This document shows, piece by piece, positions 1 to 9,467 of a stretch of 60,793 bases of DNA. This DNA is from an uncultured Rhodobacterales bacterium (GTDB lineage: Bacteria; Pseudomonadota; Alphaproteobacteria; Puniceispirillales; GCA-002684695): contig CAZCWO010000001.1 of assembly GCA_964502335.1 (NCBI GenBank), positions 1 to 60,793 on the forward strand, given 5' to 3'. The notes beneath the pieces were generated by a model that searched no databases, was not told the origin of the DNA, and saw only the letters and a program-made list of their open reading frames with translations. Positions within the stretch are counted from its first letter, which is position 1. Every line of letters starts with the position of its first letter. The translations under genes and the position numbers were made by a program.

Positions 1-84
1 GCAGCTCTTGAAAAGGCTTTTCCTATTGGAGAGACTTCCGGCGAACGTTATCCTCTAGGAGGGATGAAAAAACTCGAGCTGTAG
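1..84 (+). CDS. 3' end of an unidentified CDS entering from the left edge (partial)
   Basis: Frame 1 is open from base 1 to TAG at 82-84 (AALEKAFPIGETSGERYPLGGMKKLEL*). It is locally less AT-rich than the spacer that follows. It is too short to assign a family. Confidence 0.25.
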   Translation, partial: AALEKAFPIGETSGERYPLGGMKKLEL

Positions 85-164
85 GCAATATATTTGAAAA
101 TTTATTATTTTACCTAATTGAAAAGTATAAAAATAATTTCTTCGTTATAGTCACTAACTGACTA

Positions 165-1310
165 TTAATTACATATTATAAGATCTAATGAATGACGTGA
201 AAGTCTTTCTATACCTCCTTGATGAACTATTACTGAATGTCCAAGAGTCATAGCCTCACCTGTATTGCTATCAAACAATGCCATATGTAGAAAAAAAACT
301 TGCCCTTCTTTTATTAATTTAGGATTGTTTTCATAAAACATAGGAAAATCGACCCATATTGGATTGAAAACAGCACCCATACCATATCCACAGGCTTGAA
401 GTCTTGCATGATTTAAACCGTGTTTATCAAATACATTTGCATGTGCTTGAAAAACATTTCCCATAGGCGAATTAGGATAAATTTCTGCTTCACATGCTTC
501 AATAGCCTCTACACAAGCAGCATGCATTCGTTTGTGATTGCTTGAAGGTTTACCAATGATTAAGGTGCGCATCATTGCGGCATGATAGCGTGCATATGCG
601 CCGGACCATTCTAAGGTTAGCTGATCAACAGGATCTAAGTATCTTCTTCCTGAGAAATATCTGCATAATAATGCGCTTGGCCCTGAACCAATAACAAATT
701 CGTTACCTGCATAATCTCCACCACCTTGAAGAATTACAGCTTGCATAGCGGCAAGAATATCTCCTTCAAAAGCTTTTGGTGAGGCTAATTTAATAGCAAT
801 ATCTAGTGCATCATCTGATAGTTTTGCAGCTTGCCGATGCATTTTAATTTCAGATGGACTTTTTACACTCCGCAAAGAACGGATTAATTCAGAAGCCTCC
901 TCCAAGTGAGAAATTGAATTTCTCAGAAGTTGACCATTATAATCCGTTAGTCCTACGGTTTGGCCTTCAAAGCCGATTTTACCTACAACTCCCAGGTCAT
1001 TGAGGATTTTAGATAGATAATCTATAGGATTTGCTCCTTCAATTTCTTTCCATATATGAATTTCTTTTTTTGTTAAAGTTGAAGTAAAAACTGCCTGTCT
1101 CAAATCAGGTTCACGTGTTAGTAAGTGCAACTCACCTTTAGAGGTGAGTATTAGACATTGAAACATCGCAAATCCAAAGGTGTCATAACCACAAATCCAA
1201 AAATGGCTTTCAGGTGCAAACATTAGTAATGCATCAAGGTTTGCCACTTTAAGGGCGGAAACAGCCTTTGTTTTTCGATATAAAAATTCTTCTTGAGTAA
1301 AATGTATCAA
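165..1310 (-). CDS. M24-family (creatinase/prolidase fold) hydrolase, apparently of the non-metallo creatinase/ectoine-hydrolase-like type
   Basis: 381-aa ORF with a creatinase/prolidase-type N-domain and a pita-bread C-domain (..GAYARYHAAMMRTLIIGKP.., ..ACGYGMGAVFNP..). By eye, the usual D/D/H/E/E metal-ligand positions look substituted. Confidence 0.8.
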   Translation of the reverse strand: MIHFTQEEFLYRKTKAVSALKVANLDALLMFAPESHFWICGYDTFGFAMFQCLILTSKGELHLLTREPDLRQAVFTSTLTKKEIHIWKEIEGANPIDYLSKILNDLGVVGKIGFEGQTVGLTDYNGQLLRNSISHLEEASELIRSLRSVKSPSEIKMHRQAAKLSDDALDIAIKLASPKAFEGDILAAMQAVILQGGGDYAGNEFVIGSGPSALLCRYFSGRRYLDPVDQLTLEWSGAYARYHAAMMRTLIIGKPSSNHKRMHAACVEAIEACEAEIYPNSPMGNVFQAHANVFDKHGLNHARLQACGYGMGAVFNPIWVDFPMFYENNPKLIKEGQVFFLHMALFDSNTGEAMTLGHSVIVHQGGIERLSRHSLDLIICN

Positions 1311-1414
1311 CTAAAAAAACCTTGCCCTTATTGTAATCTAATAATTAATTGATATTAATTATCAAAATAGTTTTTAAAATTTATGACAAATTAAAGTTAT
1401 TAATTTTCTACCTA

Positions 1415-2092
1415 TCAGTCAGAATTTGAAATTAACTTAATAGTATCACTTGTCATTCGAACATCAGCAAAAAATTGTATCATATTAATAAGTGTTGCAT
1501 TATGTTCTTCATCACTTCTTGTACCAGTAGCATCAGCCACAAAGATTGTATTATAGTTCAAGAGCATTGCATCTCTTGTTGTTGATTCACAACACACATT
1601 TGTCAATGTTCCTGTTATGATTAAGGTATCAATTTCAAGTTTATCTAAGACAGCCTTTAAGTTTGAAGAGCCCGGTGTAAAAGCACTTGATCGGTACTTA
1701 GTGATCAGAGGTTCGTTATCTTTTTTATCCATTCCAGACCATAATTGTCTTGCAAATGAATCTTTAGATGTGTCATTAATAATTTTTTTTCTGGTTTGAT
1801 CATTTGTAAAATTATCATGCCATGACGACCATTCTTTAGTGTATATATGCTCAGTCCAAATCACTTTTCCACCAGCTTCCCTCAACGTTCTAGCTAATGA
1901 ATTTATGTTTGGAACAATGTCTTCTAATCCGGGTACTTCAACAATAGAAAGATTGGGTACTATAAAACAATTTTGCATATCAATTACTAAAAGTGCAGTC
2001 GATTTAAGATTTATTTTATCAAAAATATATCTTTTTCCTCTTCTCGAAATACAATTTTGTATGATTTTTTCTGGAACATTAATTTTATGCAT
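1415..2092 (-). CDS. isochorismatase-family cysteine hydrolase (amidase)
   Basis: 225 aa. It carries ALLVIDMQNCF (catalytic Asp region) and ITGTLTNVCCESTTRDA (catalytic Cys motif). It is a paralogue of 6309-6983. Confidence 0.9.
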   Translation of the reverse strand: MHKINVPEKIIQNCISRRGKRYIFDKINLKSTALLVIDMQNCFIVPNLSIVEVPGLEDIVPNINSLARTLREAGGKVIWTEHIYTKEWSSWHDNFTNDQTRKKIINDTSKDSFARQLWSGMDKKDNEPLITKYRSSAFTPGSSNLKAVLDKLEIDTLIITGTLTNVCCESTTRDAMLLNYNTIFVADATGTRSDEEHNATLINMIQFFADVRMTSDTIKLISNSD

Positions 2093-2122
2093 TAATTTTC
2101 TTCTTTATTATAAATATAAAAA

Positions 2123-3205
2123 TTAACCTGGAATTAAATAAATAGCATTTTCAGGAATTATTATTTCAGCTGTATCTCCAAGAGAAAACTTTTTGGGATC
2201 AGAATAGCCAACATTACTTTCTGTAACAATTAAATCTGGTCCATTATTTACTTTAATTTTATATTGGATAATGGAACCTAGATATATTTTAGCTAAAATT
2301 TTAGCGGTATTTTTGTAATTAGTAATTCTATTTTTGCTATTAGGTTTTTTCAAAAGAACACATTCTGGGCGTATCATTACTAATATACTTTTACTTTTAT
2401 TGAATATTTTAGAGACATTTGGAAGTTTTAAGCCCTCAGCATTTAAACAAGTTTTGTTTCTTTGATCAGTTTCGATTTTTCCAGATAAAATGTTGGAACT
2501 CCCAATAAAATCAGTTACAAATCGAGTTTTTGGTTTTTCATATATTTCTACAGGACTTCCAATTTGACTAACTTGACCCTCCGTCATTACAACAATTCTA
2601 TCAGACATAGATAGAGCTTCATCTTGATCATGAGTAACAAACAATGTTGAAATCTTAAGTTTTTGTTGAAGTTCACGTAATTCAACTCGCATATGATCTC
2701 TTAATTGCTTATCAAGAGCTCCAAACGGTTCATCGAGTAACAATACATCAGGTCTAATGACCAAAGCCCTAGCTAAAGCTACTCTTTGTTGTTGACCGCC
2801 TGATAATTCTGAAGGCATTCTATGTTCTAGGTGGCGAAGTTTAACTAGATCTAAGGCTTCAATAATTTTATTTTTTCTTTCTTCAAAGGGAATTTTTTGC
2901 ATTTTTAAACCAAACTCAATGTTTTTTTGAACACTCATATGTGGAAATAATGCGTAGTTTTGGAAGACTAATCCCACCTTTCTTTTATGGGGTGGGACAC
3001 CATCCATATTGCTTCCGCCTACATATAAGTGACCTGATGTTGGTTTAATAAAGCCAGCCACCATTCTTAGAGTGGTTGTCTTTCCACACCCTGAAGGTCC
3101 AAGTAAAGTAACAAACTCTCCAGATTCAACTGAAAGGTCAATTGACGCTACAGCTGTCACTGTTCCAAATTTCTTTACAATAGATTTTAATTCAACAGAA
3201 CTCAT
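2123..3205 (-). CDS. ABC transporter ATP-binding protein (PotA/spermidine-putrescine type architecture)
   Basis: Walker A GPSGCGKTT, signature LSGGQQQRVALARAL and Walker B LLLDEP, plus a C-terminal TOBE-like extension. It overlaps the upstream permease stop by 4 nt. Confidence 0.95.
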   Translation of the reverse strand: MSSVELKSIVKKFGTVTAVASIDLSVESGEFVTLLGPSGCGKTTTLRMVAGFIKPTSGHLYVGGSNMDGVPPHKRKVGLVFQNYALFPHMSVQKNIEFGLKMQKIPFEERKNKIIEALDLVKLRHLEHRMPSELSGGQQQRVALARALVIRPDVLLLDEPFGALDKQLRDHMRVELRELQQKLKISTLFVTHDQDEALSMSDRIVVMTEGQVSQIGSPVEIYEKPKTRFVTDFIGSSNILSGKIETDQRNKTCLNAEGLKLPNVSKIFNKSKSILVMIRPECVLLKKPNSKNRITNYKNTAKILAKIYLGSIIQYKIKVNNGPDLIVTESNVGYSDPKKFSLGDTAEIIIPENAIYLIPG

Positions 3206-4017
3206 TTGATTACCTTATTTCCACTAGTGATCTGCCCTCTGAGCATAAGCATAGCAGTTAAAAATGCTGTTACTGCCAATGTTAACGCTGACACTGCAGC
3301 TATAGACGGCTTAACTTGATACATTAAAGTTGAAAACATTTCGATCGGCAATGTTCTTTGGAACGTTGTCAAAAAGAATGTTATTATAAACTCATCAAAC
3401 GAAATTATAAAACTAAAAATAGCGCCAGCAACTAACCCGGGTCGAATGATCGGCAAAGTTATGTGCCAAACTGCCCAAAAACGTGATGCACCTAAACTAC
3501 GTGCGGCTTCTTCCAAAGTTACCTCAAAAGTTTGCAAACTTGCCCCAACTGAGATTATCACAAAAGGTATTGTTATGGTAAGATGTGCAGGGATGTATGC
3601 CAACATGCTATCATCAATATCTAATTCAAGAGCCATTTTAAACAACCCTAGTCCTAAAACTATATGCGGCAAAACCATAGGGGAGATCATAATAGCTTGA
3701 AGACCATTTTTAAGTTTTTTTGGACCACGATCTAGAGCAAATGCCGCCATAGTACCAAAAATCAATGAAAGAGGTGTAACAATTGTAGCTATTATTAGAC
3801 TTAAAGAAATTGAATTCAACCAATCTTCAGAAGTTAGAACCTCTTTATACCAACGGACACCATACGATGGTGGAGGAAAGGCTAAATAGGATTCTGCAGT
3901 AAAAGATTGGATTATTAGAATTACTAATGGAGCTTCTAAAAAGAAAATAACGACTGTAACTACACCTACCAAAAGCTTATAGGGTAATCGAGACCCGTAG
4001 TGTTCTTGCAAACTCAT
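3202..4017 (-). CDS. ABC transporter permease (PotC-like)
   Basis: 271 aa and multi-TM, with EAA loop EEAARSLGASRFWAVWHITLP. It has 4-nt overlaps with both neighbours. Confidence 0.9.
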   Translation of the reverse strand: MSLQEHYGSRLPYKLLVGVVTVVIFFLEAPLVILIIQSFTAESYLAFPPPSYGVRWYKEVLTSEDWLNSISLSLIIATIVTPLSLIFGTMAAFALDRGPKKLKNGLQAIMISPMVLPHIVLGLGLFKMALELDIDDSMLAYIPAHLTITIPFVIISVGASLQTFEVTLEEAARSLGASRFWAVWHITLPIIRPGLVAGAIFSFIISFDEFIITFFLTTFQRTLPIEMFSTLMYQVKPSIAAVSALTLAVTAFLTAMLMLRGQITSGNKVIK

Positions 4018-4883
4018 CTTCTACCTACCAGTCTCTGCACTCCAGATGATAAAATTACCATAAAACCTATAGCCAAAAGTAACATAAGAGCCATAGCAGA
4101 AGCGTAAGGCCAGTCATACTGCTCTCGAACTGACTCAGTAATAAGCATTGGCAGTGTTAGAATAAAATTTCCACCCATTATAACCGGCGTAAGATAAACC
4201 CCCATTGAAAGAATGAATACCAATGTACAGCCCGCCATGATTCCTGGCAAACTCAGTGGCAATGTAATCGATAGGAATACGCGCCAAGAAGGTGCTCCTA
4301 GGCTGCTAGCAGCTTCCTCGATTGAAGAATTTATTGAGCTAAGTGCACCAAACAGTGGTAAAACCATAAAGGACAAATACACATGCACTACCGCTAAAAT
4401 TACACCAAACTCGTTGTACATTAATGGAAGTGGCTTAGAAATTAATTCCCACTGAATAAGCGTGTCATTTATCATCCCCGATCTGCCAAGGATTAAGAGC
4501 CAAGCTACGTTTCTTACGATAATACTCGTTAATAATGGTGAAACGACACAGAACAGAAGAATCATCTTCATCTTTGGACTGCAACTCCTCATCAACAAAG
4601 CTACAGGATACCCCAAAATCAAACACCAAAATGTTATATAAATGGAAAGCCTTACAGTCTGGAAAAATATCTTTAATGTAATTCCATCACTAAAAATCTT
4701 AATGTAATTATCAAAATAGAAACCTAGTGTTGTAATGCTTGCCTCAAATTTGGCAAAACTGAGGACGCCCAACAAAATTAAAGGAAATAAAAAGGTTGCA
4801 AGGTACAGAAGTACCGTAGGTGTCAAAAGCCATAATGCTCCATAGTTTTGATCAGAGTTACGTGACATTAAGGAAAATTTCAT
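4014..4883 (-). CDS. ABC transporter permease (PotB-like)
   Basis: 289 aa and multi-TM, with EAA loop EEAASSLGAPSWRVFLSITLP. Confidence 0.9.
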   Translation of the reverse strand: MKFSLMSRNSDQNYGALWLLTPTVLLYLATFLFPLILLGVLSFAKFEASITTLGFYFDNYIKIFSDGITLKIFFQTVRLSIYITFWCLILGYPVALLMRSCSPKMKMILLFCVVSPLLTSIIVRNVAWLLILGRSGMINDTLIQWELISKPLPLMYNEFGVILAVVHVYLSFMVLPLFGALSSINSSIEEAASSLGAPSWRVFLSITLPLSLPGIMAGCTLVFILSMGVYLTPVIMGGNFILTLPMLITESVREQYDWPYASAMALMLLLAIGFMVILSSGVQRLVGRR

Positions 4884-4980
4884 TCTATAAAAATAAATTG
4901 AAGTAAACTATTTGTACGCGAAAACTAGTTAGATAATATTATCAGATTTCGCGTACAAGTTATTTCCTAGAGACAAAATT

Positions 4981-6057
4981 TTATGAAGATTTCCACTTAT
5001 TCCACATATCAGTCCATTCTTTACCATTATCAAGAATTTGGTTGAAGTCTTCTGAAACCGCATATTTCATAACTTCTGGATCAGATACAATAACATTTGC
5101 CGCTTCCTCTGGAGTGTGCTCTACTAGTTTGTTGAATGTTCCATATCCATATTCTACCATTTTCTTTTGTGGTCCTGCACCAATAACCCAATTCAGCCAC
5201 TGGTGAGCCATTTCTGGATTTGTCGCTCCTCGTGGTATACCATAAACACTAGAACGTACGAAGAACCCTTCTGTAGGTGTCGCAAATTTAAGCGGTAGAC
5301 CTTCTCCTCGAAGTTTGGTTACTCTTCCATTCCAGAATGGTGTCATTACAATTTCACCATTTCTGAAGAGCTGTTCTGCATCCGCTCCACCACTCCAAAG
5401 CGCAACAAGGCTTGGACGTAAATCACTTAAATGCTTAAATGTTTCAGCGTCAACTGGATAAGGACTGCCCTTCCAAGCTAAATTTACCATTTGAAGACAT
5501 TGATCTTTTAAACCTTCATTAACAGCTACTTTCCCAGCGTATTGTGGATCCCACAAAACTTTCCATGAAGTAGGCGCTGGTGTTACTAATTCAGTGTTAT
5601 AAGCCAATCCATAGCACCAAAGCACCATTTTTGGCCCATACTTTGTAATACCTTTATCATAGTAGTTTGAAAACTCTGGTATTGCAGATGCGTCAACTTC
5701 CATTGCGAGATTATTGCGCTCAGCAAAAATAACTTGATCCTGGTGCATAGGCATCACATCAGTCTCTGGTTTCCCTGCATTAATTTGCGCCTGGACTTTT
5801 TCAAGAGGAACTCTACTACCCTTAAGCTTGATAAAGTTCATTTTAATATCGAATTTTTCTTGAAAAGGTTTGTACCAGTGCTTAGTATAAAACTCGCCTA
5901 AACTTCCGTCAAAGTTATACATATTCATTACTTTAGGATCAGAAGACGCATGTGCCCTAACAAAAAAATAGGGTGTTGATAATCCAACACCTGCTGCAAA
6001 CGCAGATTTTAAAACAGTTCTTCGCTGAATATTTTTTTTAGTAATTATCTTTTTCAT
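4981..6057 (-). CDS. periplasmic solute-binding protein of the ABC importer (PotD/PotF-like), with a Tat-type signal
   Basis: The ORF is open to 6117. The ATG at 6057 gives MKKIITKKNIQRRTVLKSAFAAGVGLSTPYFFVRAHA, a twin-arginine-like signal peptide. The rest is SBP family 1-like. Confidence 0.85.
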   Translation of the reverse strand: MKKIITKKNIQRRTVLKSAFAAGVGLSTPYFFVRAHASSDPKVMNMYNFDGSLGEFYTKHWYKPFQEKFDIKMNFIKLKGSRVPLEKVQAQINAGKPETDVMPMHQDQVIFAERNNLAMEVDASAIPEFSNYYDKGITKYGPKMVLWCYGLAYNTELVTPAPTSWKVLWDPQYAGKVAVNEGLKDQCLQMVNLAWKGSPYPVDAETFKHLSDLRPSLVALWSGGADAEQLFRNGEIVMTPFWNGRVTKLRGEGLPLKFATPTEGFFVRSSVYGIPRGATNPEMAHQWLNWVIGAGPQKKMVEYGYGTFNKLVEHTPEEAANVIVSDPEVMKYAVSEDFNQILDNGKEWTDMWNKWKSS

Positions 6058-6308
6058 AATTTCTTTTCCCCATAGTTTATAAAATAACACTTTTAAATTA
6101 AATGGCGTTAAAATCATTATTTTTAAAATGGTTTCCCATTAAATTAATAAAAATCGCATATAATTTTATTTTGAACAATATTAATAGTGCGATAAATATA
6201 TATATAATATATAATCAATATATTTATTTTTATTGCAATAAATTTTTAGTATTTTAATATTTTAAATGAGTAATTTAATTGAAACTATATAATTAGAAAG
6301 ATAACTTT

Positions 6309-6983
6309 ATGCACACAATTTCCATACCTCAAGAGGTGATTGAGGCATGTATGAAAAGAAGGGGTAAGCTTCAAGTTTTTAATAGTATTGATTGTAAAAA
6401 AACAGCCTTAGTTATAATTGATATGCAAAAAAGTTGGATAGTTCCAGGTTTATCACCACTAGAAATACCAAAAGCAAAAACAATTGCTCCAAATATAAAC
6501 TGTTTGGCAGACAGCTTAAGGAAAGCCGGAGGAATTGTTGCCTGGACACAATCAACATTTGATGATGATTGGACTAAAGATATGTATAAAGGTTTTGTTG
6601 AAGAAAAATGGATCAATCAAATAATTGAGACTACTAAAATAGGTTCAGAAGGGTTTCAAATTTGGGAAGAGATGGAAGTAAATAAAGAAGATATAATTTC
6701 AATTAAAACCAGACCTAGTGCATTGATCCAAGGTTCAAGCAACCTTGATTCCCAATTACGAAATAAGAATTGTGATACTTTAATAATAACAGGCACTCTA
6801 ACAAATGCTTGTTGTGAATCGACTACAAGGGATGCAGTAGCATTAGGATATAAAGTAATATTTGTTAGTGACGGAACCGCAACTCGTTCTGATGTTGAAC
6901 ATAACGCTACACTAATTAACCTTATGCAACTTGTTGCAGATGTTCGAACCACAGAAGAAGTTATTCAGATGATTGATAAATAG
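6309..6983 (+). CDS. isochorismatase-family cysteine hydrolase (amidase), second copy
   Basis: 224 aa, with ALVIIDMQKSW and ITGTLTNACCESTTRDA. It is collinear with 1415-2092 over its full length and is transcribed divergently from the ABC operon. Confidence 0.9.
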   Translation: MHTISIPQEVIEACMKRRGKLQVFNSIDCKKTALVIIDMQKSWIVPGLSPLEIPKAKTIAPNINCLADSLRKAGGIVAWTQSTFDDDWTKDMYKGFVEEKWINQIIETTKIGSEGFQIWEEMEVNKEDIISIKTRPSALIQGSSNLDSQLRNKNCDTLIITGTLTNACCESTTRDAVALGYKVIFVSDGTATRSDVEHNATLINLMQLVADVRTTEEVIQMIDK

Positions 6984-6993
6984 CTTTTGATAT

Positions 6994-7749
6994 TTAAGAT
7001 GAACTTTCTATAGAAGGAAATTTTAATTCAAAATCCATCTTACCTTCAATTATTTTACTAAGCCTTTTTCTAAATAAGTTTGTATGTTCATTCATAACTT
7101 GCATCAAATGATTTCTATCAAATTTTTCAATATATTCTATTATTTTATGATGGTGTTCATTTATAAATGGCAACTGAGAAGAAATTTCCAAAGTTGAGAC
7201 TTGTTCAGATCTATAAACAAAGTAAGATAGTCTCCTAACCAAATTATGTAAATGAGCTGATTGATCAAATATAAACTTATTACCTGTAGATTTAGCTAAG
7301 CGATTATGGAATTTACTATTAATTTCTGTAATTCCAAGTAAATCAAGGTTTTTTGATACCTTTTCAAAATTAATTTGAACGTTTCTCAAATCTCCAATTA
7401 AGCCACTATCCTCAAATTTTATAAGAGAAGCAACTACTCTTTCGTTGATCTCATAAGCTTCTAGTAATTGAAGCGTGTGCCAAATACTCATAGATGCAAC
7501 ATAGGCTCCACGGCCATTTTTTGTTTCAACTAATCCCTCAGACATTAGCCTATTCAATGCTTCTCTTAATGGGGTTCTGCCAAAAGAAAATTTTTCTAAC
7601 AAAATCCTATCTTCTAGATGTTCACTTGGAGCTAAGGACAGATCAAGAATTTTATTTCTCAACATATTCGTTGCTAAGTCAGCAAGTGAGGCCGAATCAC
7701 CTTTGATTTCTGTATTAATTACTTTTGTTTGAGATTTTTGTTTATTCAT
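6994..7749 (-). CDS. GntR-family transcriptional regulator (FadR/FCD subfamily)
   Basis: N-terminal winged HTH (..GRTPLREALNRLMSEGLVETKNGRGAYV..) followed by an all-helical FCD-like C-domain. Confidence 0.9.
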   Translation of the reverse strand: MNKQKSQTKVINTEIKGDSASLADLATNMLRNKILDLSLAPSEHLEDRILLEKFSFGRTPLREALNRLMSEGLVETKNGRGAYVASMSIWHTLQLLEAYEINERVVASLIKFEDSGLIGDLRNVQINFEKVSKNLDLLGITEINSKFHNRLAKSTGNKFIFDQSAHLHNLVRRLSYFVYRSEQVSTLEISSQLPFINEHHHKIIEYIEKFDRNHLMQVMNEHTNLFRKRLSKIIEGKMDFELKFPSIESSS

Positions 7750-7800
7750 ATTATTTAATTTATCTTATTAAAGATTTTAAAAAAATATTAATTATAGTAA

Positions 7801-9462
7801 TTATTTATAATATTGTTTTTCTATAAAAGATTGAGTAAATTTCCCACTTTTTTTATCATCAATTAGGTTATTTTCAGATCTTTTTTTAGGATTTCCAAAT
7901 CCTCCTGCGCCAGCAGTTTTAACACTAATTACACGATCAGGTCCAACACGTAAAGCTGAGGGTTTGTTTGATAAACGAGTAACCTTACCTTTGTCAGAAA
8001 TTATTGAAAAACTTCCTGTTTGTCCTGGTTTGCCTCCAAAAACACCCCAGGGCTGGTTAACAAAGCGCTCTCCTTGACCAGAAAATGTTGTTTCATGCCC
8101 AATGGTTCTGTAATCTCTTCTAATCCCTAAACCTCCACGAAACTTACCTGCTCCACCTGAATTATTATTAAACTCATATCTTTCAATCATCAAAGGATAC
8201 TCCGTTTCCAATGCCTCAATGGGCAAGTTCGAGGTGTTCGTCATATGAACTTGAACCCCATCAGTACCGTCTTTATATGATCTTCCACCAGCACCGCCAC
8301 CAAGAGTTTCCAGATAAACATAATATTTTCCGTTTTTTCCTTTCCCAAAAAAAGCAGCAGAAGTATTGGCCCCATTACCAGCTGCTATTATTTTTTCAGG
8401 ACAAGCGGGAGCAAGGGCACCTAAAATACAATCTATAATTCTCTGTCCCGTTTGGGCTCGTCCTGCAGATGCTGATGGAAAAGTAGCATTAACAATTGAT
8501 CCTTTTGGTGCATTAATTGTAATAGGATCTAACATTCCATGGTTTTGAGGACAATCAGGATCAAGTAAAACTTTTACGCAATATAAACACGAAGCTTGTA
8601 AACCTGCCATAGTAACATTAATATTTCCTTCAACTTGAGCATCTGTTCCTTCAAAATTAAAATTTATCTCATCATTTTTTACAGAAATTTTTACAGAAAT
8701 TTTTATATTATTTCTTGAAACTCCGTCATCATCAATTATGTCATTAAAATTGTATATTCCATCAGGTAAATCTTTAATTGCAGAGCGTGTTCTTCTTGCA
8801 ACTGCGGAAATAATAGCTTCACAACCATCATTTATTCTATCATTCCCCCATTTATTTATTAAAGATAAACATCGACGTTTACCAAGTTGATTCGCTGCAA
8901 TTTGTGCATTATAATCTCCTAATCTTTCTTCTGGAACTCTAACATTTAGAAGTATCATATCCATCAAATCTTGCTTAATGACCCCATTTTCGAATAATCT
9001 TATAGGAGGAATTCTAAGTCCTTCTTGGTAAATTTCTGTCATGCCACCTGCCATTGAGCCTGGCGACATTCCACCAATATCTGCATGATGTGCTATATTA
9101 GAAACAAACAGTACCAACTCACCATTATTAAAGATTGGTGCTGCAATTGCTACATCAGGTAAATGTGATCCTCTTCCTGCATAAGGGTCATTTGAAAGAA
9201 ACATATCTCCATCTTTAACACCATTTTTCCCATATTTTTCTAGAACAATCTCTATAAGTCCCAACATAGATGCTAAGTGTAAAGGCATACTTTCACCTTG
9301 GACAACAACCCTGCCATTTGAATCAAAAATTGCTGTAGAATGATCTTTTCTTTCTTTAATATTTGTTGAATAAGCACTTTTCATCAAAGCAATGTACATT
9401 TCATCAGCTATACTTGACATTGCATTGCGTAATAACTCAGCATTTATTGGAGACATTGTCAT
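7801..9462 (-). CDS. hyuB: hydantoinase B/oxoprolinase-family subunit (N-methylhydantoinase/acetone-carboxylase/caprolactamase superfamily)
   Basis: 553 aa with a typical HyuB layout (..NDPYAGRGSHLPD.., ..GGAGKFRGGLGIRRDY..). It sits 5 nt downstream of hyuA. Confidence 0.9.
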   Translation of the reverse strand: MTMSPINAELLRNAMSSIADEMYIALMKSAYSTNIKERKDHSTAIFDSNGRVVVQGESMPLHLASMLGLIEIVLEKYGKNGVKDGDMFLSNDPYAGRGSHLPDVAIAAPIFNNGELVLFVSNIAHHADIGGMSPGSMAGGMTEIYQEGLRIPPIRLFENGVIKQDLMDMILLNVRVPEERLGDYNAQIAANQLGKRRCLSLINKWGNDRINDGCEAIISAVARRTRSAIKDLPDGIYNFNDIIDDDGVSRNNIKISVKISVKNDEINFNFEGTDAQVEGNINVTMAGLQASCLYCVKVLLDPDCPQNHGMLDPITINAPKGSIVNATFPSASAGRAQTGQRIIDCILGALAPACPEKIIAAGNGANTSAAFFGKGKNGKYYVYLETLGGGAGGRSYKDGTDGVQVHMTNTSNLPIEALETEYPLMIERYEFNNNSGGAGKFRGGLGIRRDYRTIGHETTFSGQGERFVNQPWGVFGGKPGQTGSFSIISDKGKVTRLSNKPSALRVGPDRVISVKTAGAGGFGNPKKRSENNLIDDKKSGKFTQSFIEKQYYK

Positions 9463-9467
9463 AAAAA

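Noticed and set aside
1341-1362. A perfect 9-bp inverted repeat, ATAATTAAT-TGAT-ATTAATTAT, between the isochorismatase-family and M24 genes.
   Set aside because: It is an all-A/T stem in about 15-20 % GC spacer DNA. It has a very low predicted stability and a high chance expectation, so there is no basis for calling it a terminator or operator.
1617-2126. ORF-track entries 1617-1799 (+) and 1839-2126 (+). The same reasoning applies to similar nested antisense ORFs elsewhere, for example 3446-3700, 4213-4455, 6371-6952, 8211-8548, 10471-10707, 22266-22763, 25729-26019, 33152-34618, 37181-38602, 46089-46823, 52782-53825, 54490-55074, 55364-56776, 57141-58137 and 59581-59961.
   Set aside because: Each lies entirely antisense to, or out of frame within, a long ORF that has clear family motifs. 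Their translations are low-complexity and show no recognisable domains. They are shadow ORFs.
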